A stretch of DNA of 64,000 nucleotides from Macrostomum lignano (Eukaryota), in contig NIVC01001639.1 in assembly GCA_002269645.1 (NCBI GenBank), forward strand, positions 154,201 through 218,200. Direction: 5' to 3'. Under the pieces are notes generated by a model. The model did no database searches, was not told the DNA's origin, and saw only the letters and a list, made by a program, of their open reading frames with translations. The position numbers and the translations under genes are program-made. Each line of letters begins with the position of its first letter. Within the stretch, counting starts at the first letter, position 1. Below are positions 53,410 to 64,000 of this stretch, in pieces.

Positions 53410-54322
53410 TTTTTGTGAAAGAGAAGAGAGGAGAGGAGAGGAGAGCAGAGGAGAGAAAAGACAGGACAGAAGAGAAAAGAGTAGAGAAGAGAGTAGAGAC
53501 GAGAGAAGAGAAGAGAGAAGAGAGGAGAGAAGAGAGGGGAGAGGGGAGAAGAGAAGAGAGGGAGAAGAGAGGAGAGAAGACAGGAGGGAAGAGAGAAGAG
53601 AGGAGAGGATAGAAGAGACGAGAGAAGAGAGGAGAGAGAGAAGAGAGGGAAAAGAGAGGAGAGAAGACAGGAGAGAGAGAAGAGAGGGAGAAGAGAGGAG
53701 AGAAGACAGGAGGGAAGAGAGAAGAGAGGAGAGGAGAGAAGAGACGAGAGAAGAGAGGAGAGAGAGAAGAGAGGGAGAAGAGAGGAGAGAAGACAGGAGA
53801 GAGAGAAGAGAGGGAGAAGAGAGGAGAGAAGACAGGAGGGAAGAGAGAAGAGAGGAGAGGAGAGAAGAGACGAGAGAAGAGAGGAGAGAGAGAAGAGAGG
53901 GAGAAGAGAGGAGAGAAGACAGGAGAGAGAGAAGAGAGGGAGAAGAGAGGAGAGAAGACAGGAGGGAAGAGAGAAGAGAGGAGAGGAGAGAAGAGACGAG
54001 AGAAGAGAGGAGAGAGAGAAGAGAGGGAGAAGAGAGGAGAGAAGACAGGAGAGAGAGAAGAGAGGGAGAAGAGAGGAGAGAAGACAGGAGGGAAGAGAGA
54101 AGACAGGAGAGAGAGAAGAGAGGGAGAAGAGAGGAGAGAAGACAGGAGGGAAGAGAGAAGAGAGGAGAGAGAGAAGAGAGAAGAGAAGAGACGAGAGAAG
54201 AGAGGAGAGAGAGAAGAGAGGGAGAAGAGAGGAGAGAAGACAGGAGGGAAGAGAGAAGAGAGAGGAGAGAAGAGACGAGAGAAGAGAGGAGGAGAGAGGA
54301 GAGAAGAGAGGAGAAAAGAGAG
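53410..54322. repeat. ~900-bp polypurine (GA-rich) tract with higher-order repeats
   Basis: Almost only A/G on the + strand, with rare C. Confidence 0.97.
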
Positions 54323-55489
54323 TCCCTTGTTTCACTACCTAAGGAGCTCCGCAGCTGTCTCCCTCATTGTCTTGAGCCGAACGACCATTTTTCCAATTAT
54401 AAAATGTAAAATCAGTAAATTTCTCATAAAATATTTACGGAACATTTGTTACAGTAAATGCATGTATCTATGCGGAATAATGGACGATAAGGAAGTCAGC
54501 CAGGAGATAAACAGTCTCTCCCAGCAGCAGTTAGCCAGCGTACAAAGAAGACAGAAAATCCTTCCGCCCAGCTTCCACATTGATTCATAATTGATAACTG
54601 CTGTGTCGTACTGTGCATTTTACTGTGCTGTACATTTTTTGACTTTGCACTTTTTTGCAACTACGAGTCCTAGAGGGGCTGGAGCTGGGGCTTCTCCGTC
54701 AGGAGGAGATCTGGATTTTCCCCTGGGGAAGCGAAGTGGCCCTGCAGCTGACAGCTTGCGTTTCTTTTGAGTTCGGTTCCGCTTCATGCACTTCTTGCCT
54801 AAAAAATTGGTTGCCAAGGGTAATTTGTAGGCTGTGCCTCTAATTAGATGGAGGGAGAGGGAGTTCTTGAGGCAGATTCTGTCTGCCTAATTACATCTTA
54901 GTGAATCATGGGGTGGGAACTGTGTGATAGCGAAGTGTGACGATGAGTGAGATAAGTGAATGACGATGACGGAGAGTGGGAGACGGTGAGAGTGAGACAG
55001 TGAGAGAGAGTGAGAGAGTGAGACAGGGTGAGAGAGTCATCGGGCCAGCACTTCGTGGCAGCAATTCTCAGCCTAGTACTTGTGAGGAAAGTGCTCGCAG
55101 CAATACAGCAGTGCCTGCAGGGCCAGCGATAAGCCAGTGCAAGCTGAGGTCAGATGAAGCCGGACCCAGCGTGCTTGGAGTCAGTGAGCGCCTCACTAAT
55201 TCGAGTTGCCAAATCAGATTTCCTGCACACAAGCCTAGCTCAGCTTCTTTCGCTTCACTCCCCCCCCGCCAATTGAAATAGGAATTTCTCTCGGTTGAGC
55301 AAGGCTCGGCCTCCGATGGGATTAATCCGAGATCCCATGGACACTGGAGCATACGGACGGGCAGGCAATTATCACCCAGTAAATGAAGCTGACTGCGGCT
55401 ACAAAGAGAAAAAGTGCTCCATGTACTCGATTGGTACTTTTTTCCGAGCAGGCACATGGGACCCGAGATGCAAGGGAGTCCTTGAAACT

Positions 55490-56100
55490 CAATCTGGAAC
55501 GGAAGGCCAATGACTCCTTGAGACTGAGTCTGGAGCGGAAGGCCAGGGAGTCCTTGAGACTCAATCTGGGACGGAAGGCCAGGGAGTCCTTGAGACAGAG
55601 TCTGGAGCGGAAGGCCAGGGAGTCCTTGAGACTCAATCTGGGACGGAAGGCCAATGACTCCTTGAGACTGAGTCTGGAGCGGAAGGCCAGGGAGTCCTTG
55701 AGACTCAATCTGGGACGGAAGGCCAGGGAGTCCTTGAGGATCAATATGGAACGAAAGGCCAGAGAGTCCTTGAGACTCAATATGGAACGAAAGGCCAGAG
55801 AGTACTTGAGACTCAATCTGGGACGGAAGGCCAGGGAGTCCTTTGAGACTTAATCTGGAACGGAAGGCCAATGACTCCTTGAGACTGAGTCTGGAGCGGA
55901 AGGCCAGGGAGTCCTTGAGACTCAATCTGGGACGGAAGGCCAGGGAGTCCTTGACACTCAATCTGGGACGGAAGGCCAGGGAGTCCTTGAGAATCAATCT
56001 GGGACGGAAGGCCAGGGAGTCCTTGAGAATCAATCTGGGACGGAAGGCCAGGGAGTCCTTGAGAATCAATCTGGGACGGAAGGCCAGGGAGTCCTTGAGT
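55490..56100. repeat. 36-bp minisatellite (gagtccttgagactcaatctgggacggaaggccagg)
   Basis: Direct inspection; source of the LKDSLAFRPRLS ORFs. Confidence 0.95.
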
Positions 56101-56758
56101 TCCAGTTCAGACGTCCCCACCAGGGGTCCATGAAAATCGTCGATTAACCATTTTCATTTGTACACCCGGGTTGAAGGCCCAGCACCGTTCGCGAAAGGTT
56201 AGCCCTGTGTTCATCGCCTCTCCGCAAGTAGTGGTTGGGGGGCGGCTTTGTTGTCGACTGCAAGCCAAACACGTCAGGCAAAGCAGGGAAAATTTCTTAT
56301 ATAGTTTCTGCAACAGAACAGAATCGATGCTGGCTATTCCTGCTATTCAGTTGACGGTCGGCCGGCCAGTCTGCAGATTCCGACCTTCCGACTCCCCGAG
56401 ACCTCACCCCCCTTGCCCTTTACCTGGCGTTGGGATCGATCGATTCCCGTGCGCGTGCGTCGAGGGGATAATTTTGCGAGCGCAACAACGTCCTACCCTC
56501 CTCGCCAGCGCCGATCTGGACGGCTTGGGGGGAAGAGAATTTAGGCTAGAATTTTAAAGGGATTTCTGGCGGGAGATAAGCAGCTGGGGTAGAAAGTCTG
56601 GTAGGCAGCAGAGCGGAAGTCGCAGGAAAAGACGTCCAACTTCGTGTGGAGAAACTCGGCTGCTCCTCCCATCGAGATTTTTCACAATTTTCACGCAATT
56701 AACTTCTCCCCCCTAATTTTTTCTTTGAACTTTCCGCTTCTTTTCCTCCGATTCGGGC

Positions 56759-59700
56759 ATGTCGGCCGCTGCCATCGTCGACGGCGGCCTGTCGCGCGAA
56801 TTTATCAGCGACGATGGCGACTCCTCCGTGGGGATCCGGCGAGCGTCGTTGACCCGGCCGGGCGAGCCGCCCAGGTTCGTCAAGCACCCCAAGCCGGTGC
56901 TAAGCGTGGCCGAGGGCCGCTCGGTGCACCTGGAGTGTCGGCTGCTGCCGCTCAATGACAGCTCCTTGGCAACCGAGTGGTTCAAGGATGGCCGCCCACT
57001 GAATGCAGGTATGATCGGCCAGAGGGTAGGGCATGGACTGGACTGGAGGGTAGGGGCATGTACAGGACCAGAGGGTAGGGCATGGACTGAACCGGAGGGT
57101 AGGGCATGGACTGCACCGGAGGGTAGGGCATGGACTGGACCAGAGGGTTGAGCATGGACTGGACCAGAGGGTAGAGCATGAACTGCACCGGAGGGTAGGG
57201 CATGGACTGGACCAGAGGGTTGAGCATGGACTGGACCAGAGGGTAGAGCATGAACTGCACCGGAGGGTAGAGCATGGACTGGACCAGAGGGTAGAGCATG
57301 GACTGGACCGGAGGGTAGAGCATGGACTGGACCAGAGGGTAGAGCATGGACAGGACCGGAGGGTAGGGCATGGACTGCACCGGAGGGTAGAGCATGGACT
57401 GGACCAGAGGGTAGGGCATGGACTGCACCGGAGGGTAGAGCATGGACTGGACCAGAGGGTAGGGCATGGACTGCACCGGAGGGTAGAGCATGGACCGGAC
57501 TAGAGGGTGGAGCATGGTCTGGGTAGAGCCAGGTTTGAGAATTAGAACGCTTCTATTGTGGCAAGGTCTTCAGCAAGTCAATGTTGATTAAATGTGTTGT
57601 GTGCGACTGACTCCAAGCAACAATGGTCCATCTGCAGTAAAATCTCGCCGCCCTTCATAAGGCTCCCGTTTTAACACAACTTTCGAGCGAGGCTTCGTGC
57701 TGCTGCACATCACGCACACCTACCCGGACGACAGCGGCGAGTACTCATGCGTAGCAAAAAGCAACTTCGGCATGGACCAAAGCAACCCCGTTACACTGAC
57801 GTGAGTGCCCAGATCTGTCTGTCAATTTTTTTGTAAATCAGAGTCTGCAGCACAGCAGTTCGGAAGGAAACGCGTCAAGATCCCTGGTTCAAGGCACAGA
57901 GAGACTGTACATGCCTGACGATTCGAAAGTCAGAGTCGCTGTACACACTGTGTGAACGAGCAGGCACAAAAGCGCGGATATGTACACAGTCAAAAGCACA
58001 AGCACACACTCACACAGGGGTGTACAGCGGCCCTAACTTTATTTATCGTTAGGCATGTACACTTCACTGCGCCTTGGGGGGTTGGCCCTTAAGGCCGTTA
58101 ATTGCACGAGCAGGCCCAAGCCGAGATTCCAATTCAGCCCCAAAGTTAATGTGACTGCACTGGGAATTGAGCCTGGGCCGCCGGCACATCAAAGCGCCGT
58201 GCTAGACCACTGGGCTACGGCACCCCCCGTAGCCCAATAATCTCAAGATTATTTGAGATCGCAGCTTCCACCGTAACTTTGGCAAGTACTAACCAAAGCA
58301 AACTCTACTTAACTTGCAACGAATACACTGACCCATTTGACTAGTAACTATCCGGATATTTTGTACTCGATTATTGTAAACTCCCATTGTTTCCGCCAGA
58401 GTGGTGCCCGACGAAGGCGTGGTGACGCGAACGCAACTCCCCGAAGCGTCCATGGCGGCAAACATCGACCGACTAAACGAGCGGCTGAACAGCCGCAGCG
58501 TCCGCCAAGACTTTGACGACCAGGTGCCTCAGGCGGTGCCGCAGTTCGTCCGGCATTTGGAGAGCATCGTGGCCCAGGAAAACGGTCGCGTCCGGTTCGA
58601 GACTCGGGTGACGCCGGCCGCGGATCCCAACGTGCAGATCGAATGGTTCAAGAACGGCTTCCCGCTGACGCTGGGCTCCCGGCTCAAGGCTGTGTACGAC
58701 CGGGGCTACACGGCGCTGGAGATCAACTGCTGCTACCAGGAGGACAACGGATTTTATCACTGCGAGGCCGCCAACAAGCACGGCAAGGCGCAGAGCAACC
58801 AGGCTGAGCTCAGGTAGCTAAGCATGAGCACTGGTGCTCTCAATACTGCAGAAAATCAGCATACTGAGCTTCTCAAATCGCGAAAACAAAAATTTCAGGT
58901 GCTCAGCTTCGGCGGGCGTCGTCACGGCGTCCGCCCTACCGGAGTCATCTGTCATGAATATTCAGCGACTGGAGGAGTACACTCTGCAGGAGGAGTTCGA
59001 TCCGTAAGCGAGACCTCTCCACTGGATTAATATTTTATGCATCTTAGCAAGTGTGTTAAAATTCTCACAGGAAATTATTTTTGCATAGTTATGCCCTTTT
59101 ACTAACGCCGCAAGTCTCGTACCAGACCTGTATCAAGATGTAACGCCAAGGACCACTGTGGTGTAACAGGACGTAGAACTCAAAGATCGTGTAGTTTTTG
59201 GAGGCCAATTTCCTGGAAAAAAATACACTGCGGAGTTAGAAAAAAATAATTTTGTCATCAAATAGGGAGTAACGTGGGTCGTCTACCGATGAGGCCAGGT
59301 TCCCTGTAGCTTTACCACAACACCGCCACCAACAGCCTGGAGGCTGAATCGCGGAACCAGCTGCCGGAGCCGCCCCGCTTCCTCTCCGACCCGTCGCCGG
59401 CCCAGCTCCAGCTGATCGAAGGCTCGCCAGCCGCGTTCGAAGCTCGCCTCGACCCCGGCAACGGCAGTCGAGTCCAGGTGGCCTGGTTCAAGGACGGCCA
59501 GCCAGTCCAGTTCGGCTCGCGCGTGACGGCCAGTTTCGAAATGGGTGTCGCTCAGCTGCGGTTCGGGCACGCCAACGCCGAAGACTCCGGTGACTACTGC
59601 GCCGTGGCGCTGAGCGAAAACGGGCAGCACCAGTCTGGCTACTGCCGACTGGTCTGCTACGCGCAGGGCGGGGTGGTCACCACCTCCCAGCTGCCCGGAG

Positions 59701-62700
59701 ACGCCGAGCAGAGCATGCGCAGCCTCATGCTGCTCGAGGAGGAGCTCGAGCGCCGAACCGACGATTCTAGCTCCGCGTTTCTGGCAATGCAGCAGCAGCA
59801 GCAGCCGCCGCCAAGGATTGTGCGAGGTGTCAAGCCGCCGCCGCAGATCCGCGAGGGCGGCCAGGTGCTGCTGGATCTGCAGGTGCGTCTTTAGGGAGGC
59901 GTAGCGAATTTAATATCTGATATGATGCAATTGAGTTTTTACTGAGTAAGAAGAAAGCTGAAGCTGATTTTCGGCGAAAAGTCTACAGTCTTCGGAAGAA
60001 GCTAGTAACCCTAAACCTAACCCTAATCCTAACCCTAACCCTAGCCCTGCCCTAACCCTAGCCCTAACCCTAGCCCTGGCCTTAACCCTAGCCGTAACCC
60101 TAACCCTACCCTAACCCTAACCCTAATCATAAGGGAGGCCTTTCGTTAACTTGAAACTCATTTTTGAATACAAACGCTGTATCATTGTTTAAAGAATATT
60201 TTCACTGCAACTTAGGTTGAACCGTCAAGCGACGGTGACCTCAGCGTCGAGTGGTTCAAAGACGGCGCCTCGGTGGCTTGCGCCGCTCGAGTGCGCTTTG
60301 AACTAGAAAAAGGCCGCGCCCTGCTGCACATCAGTCACTGCAAGCCGGAGGACTCCGGCCTCTACTGGGCGGTGGTCAGCAACCGCGGCGGCGTAGCCGA
60401 GTCGAATCGCGTCGGCCTGGTCTGCCGGGCGGGAGAAGGGGTCGTCACTCGGACGCAGCTGCCTGGTGAGGCGCAGGGATACAAGCGTCTAGAGGAGCTG
60501 GAGAGACAGTGGCGAGAGTAAGTCTCAACAGTAATTAATAGTTTGTCCGCAAACAAACCACTCCCCGTTTTAATCACACTCCACCGTACCCCAGATGCAC
60601 CCACCTCACTCCTTTGCCAAGCCACAACCACCTCACTCCCCTGCCTAGCCACACCCACCTCACTCCCCTGCCTAGCCAAACCCACCTAACTCCCTTGCCT
60701 AGCCACACCCACCTCACTCCCTTGCCTAGCCAAACCCACCTCACTCCCTTGCCTAGCCACACCCACCTCACTCCCCTGCCTAGCCAATCCAACCTCACTC
60801 CCTTGCCTAGCCAAACCCACCTCACTCCCTTGCCTAGCCACACCCACCTCACTCCCCTGCCTAGCCAATCCAACCTCACTCCCTGCCTAGCCACACTCAC
60901 CTCACTCCTCTGCCTAGCCACATTCACCTAACACCGTGCCCCAACCAAACCCACCTCAATCTTAGCCTGTACGATAAGCAAACCTATTTGCACCACTTTA
61001 GACCTCGAGAAACCAACCCCCGTTTCAGGACCCCCATAGCACCTGACGAGTTTCGATTTCGAGAATCGGAGGAGCCTCAATCGGCGCCATATTTCGACAT
61101 TCTACCCGAGTCGTGCACTGTTGGCGAAGGCGATCCGGTGAAGGTGCTGGTAAAGCTCAGCGGCAATCCGCGGCCAGTAGTCACCTGGTGTCTGGATAAT
61201 CAACCGATTGCGACGGTCAGTACTTAAATTTCATTTGCCATGGAGGATGCGAGCATACACGAGCATATTTATACATGTAGGGGCTGTCATGATGAAAATT
61301 TGGGACGCTCCTGACATCCAATTGGCCGCTCGTTACACCACTCTTGACCCCAAGGTTTTAGGCATGATATTCAATTCTGACTTATCTGACGTCCTTGCAT
61401 CCAGTTTGACGCTTCTGACATTGGCATTTTTTTCCAGAGCGGTGATGAGACGCAGAACAACCTGGAGACAAGCAATGTAAGTCTTGCATTTCGTTATTAG
61501 ATTCGTGAGTCTTTTTACTCAATTAAAATCGATTAAATCATCTCGATTCCACCGGGCTACCAGACGGCCAACTACGTTGTGCACAAAGACGGTTCCATCA
61601 ACTGGCTGGAGATTGTTCGCTGCCAGGATGTCGGCCAGCACCAGCTCCGGGTGTTGGCGGCGAACCCATTAGGTCAGGTGTTCGCCGAGGCCGTCGTTAG
61701 CGTGGTGCCGGCTGGCGACTTTCGACCGGATCTCAAGCACATTGAGCCAGGCGAGAGCATGGATGTTTGCTGTTAGAGATTGCCTACTACTAAGTAGCTA
61801 GAGAAGAATTTGAGGCTAATAATTCACTACTGTGGGAAAGGAACTTGAGTCTCAGACGTTCTTAAGCTGGTGCTGGCTTGAGTCAAGTTGAGGTTGTACG
61901 GCTTCAGAAACCTCTTCAGGGACAGTGATTGGTCCTGATTAGATCTTCAAGATTTCTTTCAATCCGAGTCCTCTCTCTCTCTTCAATTCTTGTGTGTATA
62001 CCATAGTCTACCATACAGTCGTCTCCATCCAAGGCGAGTGACGGTCCAGGAAGCACCGCTGCTAAAAATGAAGGCCCTCCCTCTACCCCGGCGAGGAAAG
62101 ATGCGCCACGCGATGCTTCTTCTCTTACTGCAGCGTCAGTCAGCCGTACTTTGATTCTGTTGCTGCTGTTCTGAGCGAGAAATAGAGGACTAGATATATA
62201 ATTCCGAATGATTTCTTAGGCTTGAAACCATAAGAATTGCGTCATCAAATGGTGCTTACCATAAATTAACAGAGCTTATGATTCCCGCTCCTGTCTGCTA
62301 CTTTGAGTGAATTAGATGACCCAGTCTCTATTGGAGCAGACTGAGCCGGGTATGAGCATGGATGAAGGAATAACATAACATAAATCAAGCTGTAGCCGCT
62401 CATGCTCAAAGTGGATCATCCTCTCCCTCCCAGAAACCCTCTACTCTATACATTTAATATACATGTGACTATACATTTTCTCTTTAAGACAACCTATACT
62501 GAAAAGAAAGTTACAAATTTTATACGAAGCGAGATGAGTATTTACAGACTCGCTCAGTCAATCTACTTCAAGCGTTACGTCACAATTCCAAGATGGGGGG
62601 TTGCTCGGGTCCACGACTCCACGGACATTGCGCAGATGAGAAATCCATGATATTCCTTCATCCATGGGCCCAAAGATCATATATACACAAGATGGGCCAC

Positions 62701-64000
62701 TCATTCATGGATGAAGGGATCTATGATCTAACTCCCTTAGTGCCTATATGGTAAGCACTGCTGACCATAGACAAATAATCCATTGTTGTGCTCCACACTA
62801 TAGTAACATACCTACGCTACGCCTCCTCTTTTTCACATAGTTATCAAGTGAATTATTTTCAAGACAAAAGATATCCTTCTTAGTGGACTTTTATGACCTC
62901 AGATGACAGTGATGCAGATCCGGGAACCAATCGGAGCATTCAATGACGTGAAGATCGTTCCATTGCTCTTCCCCCAATGCAGAGGCGAATTTCAGTCGGC
63001 TGGCCGAGCTGCGCAAAGTGGCGATATCGCAGGAGCTGCAGCAGAAGATCAGCAGACCGATGGGAGCGGCGGACAATCTAAGAAAAGTGGAACGAGGTGC
63101 GGAATTCTACGAATTTGTGTTTTTTGTCGTAAAATTATTGTGTCTCGTGGTTATTACGAGTATGTCTATAGGATTGCGTGTGTTTATGATTATTACAAGG
63201 GTGTCCAGGGTGATTATGAGTGTGTCCATGATGATTATGAATGTGTCCATGATGATTATGAGTGTGTCCATGATGATTATGAGTGTGTCCATGATGATTC
63301 TCAGCAAGTTCGAAAATTTATTATCGCAGAATCGGAGATCAAGTCTCTGACCTACCGGGACCCGGAGGTGGAGCAGGCTGAGAGGCTGTACGCCTCCGTC
63401 CAGTCCCAGCTGCGCGGCGGGCACTACGCAGGCTGCCAGGAGGGCAGGCAGCTGCCCGTGCACAAGCCAAATGCTGAAGCAACAGTCAAGGACCTCAATC
63501 CTGCCTGGCCAAAGACTCCGGCTCAGACTAATGCGCAGCAGCTGCCGAAAGCCACCGTGCCACAGGCCCCATTGCCTCAGCAGCAGCAGGTGCCACAGGC
63601 CCCATTGCCTCAGCAGCAGCAGGTGCCACAGGCCCCATTGCCTCAGCAGCAGCAGGTGCCACAGGCCCCATTGCCTCAGCAGCAGCAGGTGCCACAGGCC
63701 CCATTGCCTCAGCAGCAGCAGGTGCCACAGGCTCGATTGCCTCAGCAGCAGCAGGTGCCACAGGCCCCATTGCCTCAGCAGCAGCAGGTGCCACAGGCTC
63801 CATTGCCTCAGCAGCAAGTACACCAGCCGCAACAACAGCAGCAGCAGCGGCTTCAGAGACAGCGACAAAGACCACAACCTCAGCAGCAGATGCAACCTCA
63901 GCAGCAGCAGATGCAACCTCAGCAGCAGCAGATGCAACCTCAGCAGCAGCAGATGCAACCTCAGCAGCAGCAGATGCAACCACAGCAGCAGCAGATGCAA
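56759..64000 (+). CDS. Kettin/sallimus/titin-like muscle Ig-domain protein, 5' partial model (5 I-set Ig domains, then a Pro/Gln-rich region; continues past window end)
   Basis: Exons 56759-57008, 57662-57800, 58400-58813, 58899-59003, 59336-59882, 60216-60517, 61029-61215, 61564-61750, 62983-63096, 63330-end. Ig motifs PRF...LEC...EWFKDG...G.R...DSGEYSC; kettin-type linkers GVVTRTQLP...LEE recur four times. Acceptor at 59336 chosen by phase. Confidence 0.85.
57015..57520. repeat. 24-bp minisatellite (gagggtagagcatggactggacca)
   Basis: Direct inspection. Confidence 0.95.
57826..58226 (-). mobile_element. tRNA(Gln-like)-derived SINE-like element
   Basis: Minus-strand head ggtgccgtagcccagtggtctagcacggcgctttgatgtgccggcggcccaggctcaattcccagtgcagtcac (58224-58151; A box, degenerate B box); body ending in an A-rich tail near 57830. 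Confidence 0.55.
60005..60127 (-). repeat. Degenerate interstitial telomere-like (TTAGGG)n
   Basis: ccctaa/ccctag units on the + strand, about 20 copies, intronic. Confidence 0.85.
60595..60960. repeat. 27-bp minisatellite (gcctagccacacccacctcactcccct)
   Basis: Direct inspection. Confidence 0.93.
63190..63300. repeat. 21-bp minisatellite (atgattatgagtgtgtccatg)
   Basis: Direct inspection. Confidence 0.9.
63557..64000 (+). repeat. Coding repeats: 8 x 33 bp (VPQAPLPQQQQ) and at least 5 x 21 bp (MQPQQQQ)
   Basis: In frame with the exon starting at 63330. Confidence 0.85.

Noticed and set aside
58151-58224. Functional tRNA genes here and at 38128-38200
   Set aside because: Acceptor and anticodon stems do not close properly (and the B box of the 58151 copy is degenerate); treated as SINE heads
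62251-62760. Possible MITE (gtgcttaccata / tatggtaagcac inverted ends)
   Set aside because: Terminal bases mismatch and no TSD was found; too degenerate to call

Overview
Eukaryotic (metazoan) genomic DNA with GC-rich spliced exons. Almost every intron is filled by its own mini- or microsatellite. This architecture plus a flatworm-type neuropeptide suggests a free-living flatworm such as Macrostomum (inference). Genes reconstructed by hand from GT/GC-AG junctions with consistent phases: (1) a small roh-like membrane protein (-, 2122-2391); (2) a 108-aa TM+RING protein (+, 8991-9317); (3) an 11-exon MAP3K4/MEKK4 (+, 12951-33053, about 1830 aa) whose kinase has DFD in place of DFG and a polyQ activation-loop insert, preceded by a diverged duplicate of its 5' module; (4) a 3-exon neuropeptide prohormone that the ORF track misses (-, 36789-38716; signal peptide, KK-GFHFFRL-RRR, Cys-containing tail); (5) an 8-exon mitochondrial GABA transaminase (-, 45671-52624, 496 aa); (6) the 5' part of a kettin/titin-like Ig-repeat gene (+, 56759 to window end) with a probable GC-AG intron and a Pro/Gln repeat exon. 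Mobile DNA: a LINE 3' remnant, a hAT MITE, two MULE-like elements with 9- and 10-bp TSDs, an internally deleted THAP/P-element inside a satellite, and two tRNA-derived SINE-like copies. Most long ORFs in the supplied track are artefacts of tandem repeats or antisense shadows. No CRISPR array or intact RNA gene is supported. All counts and alignments were done by eye; family assignments rest on remembered motifs, not database searches.
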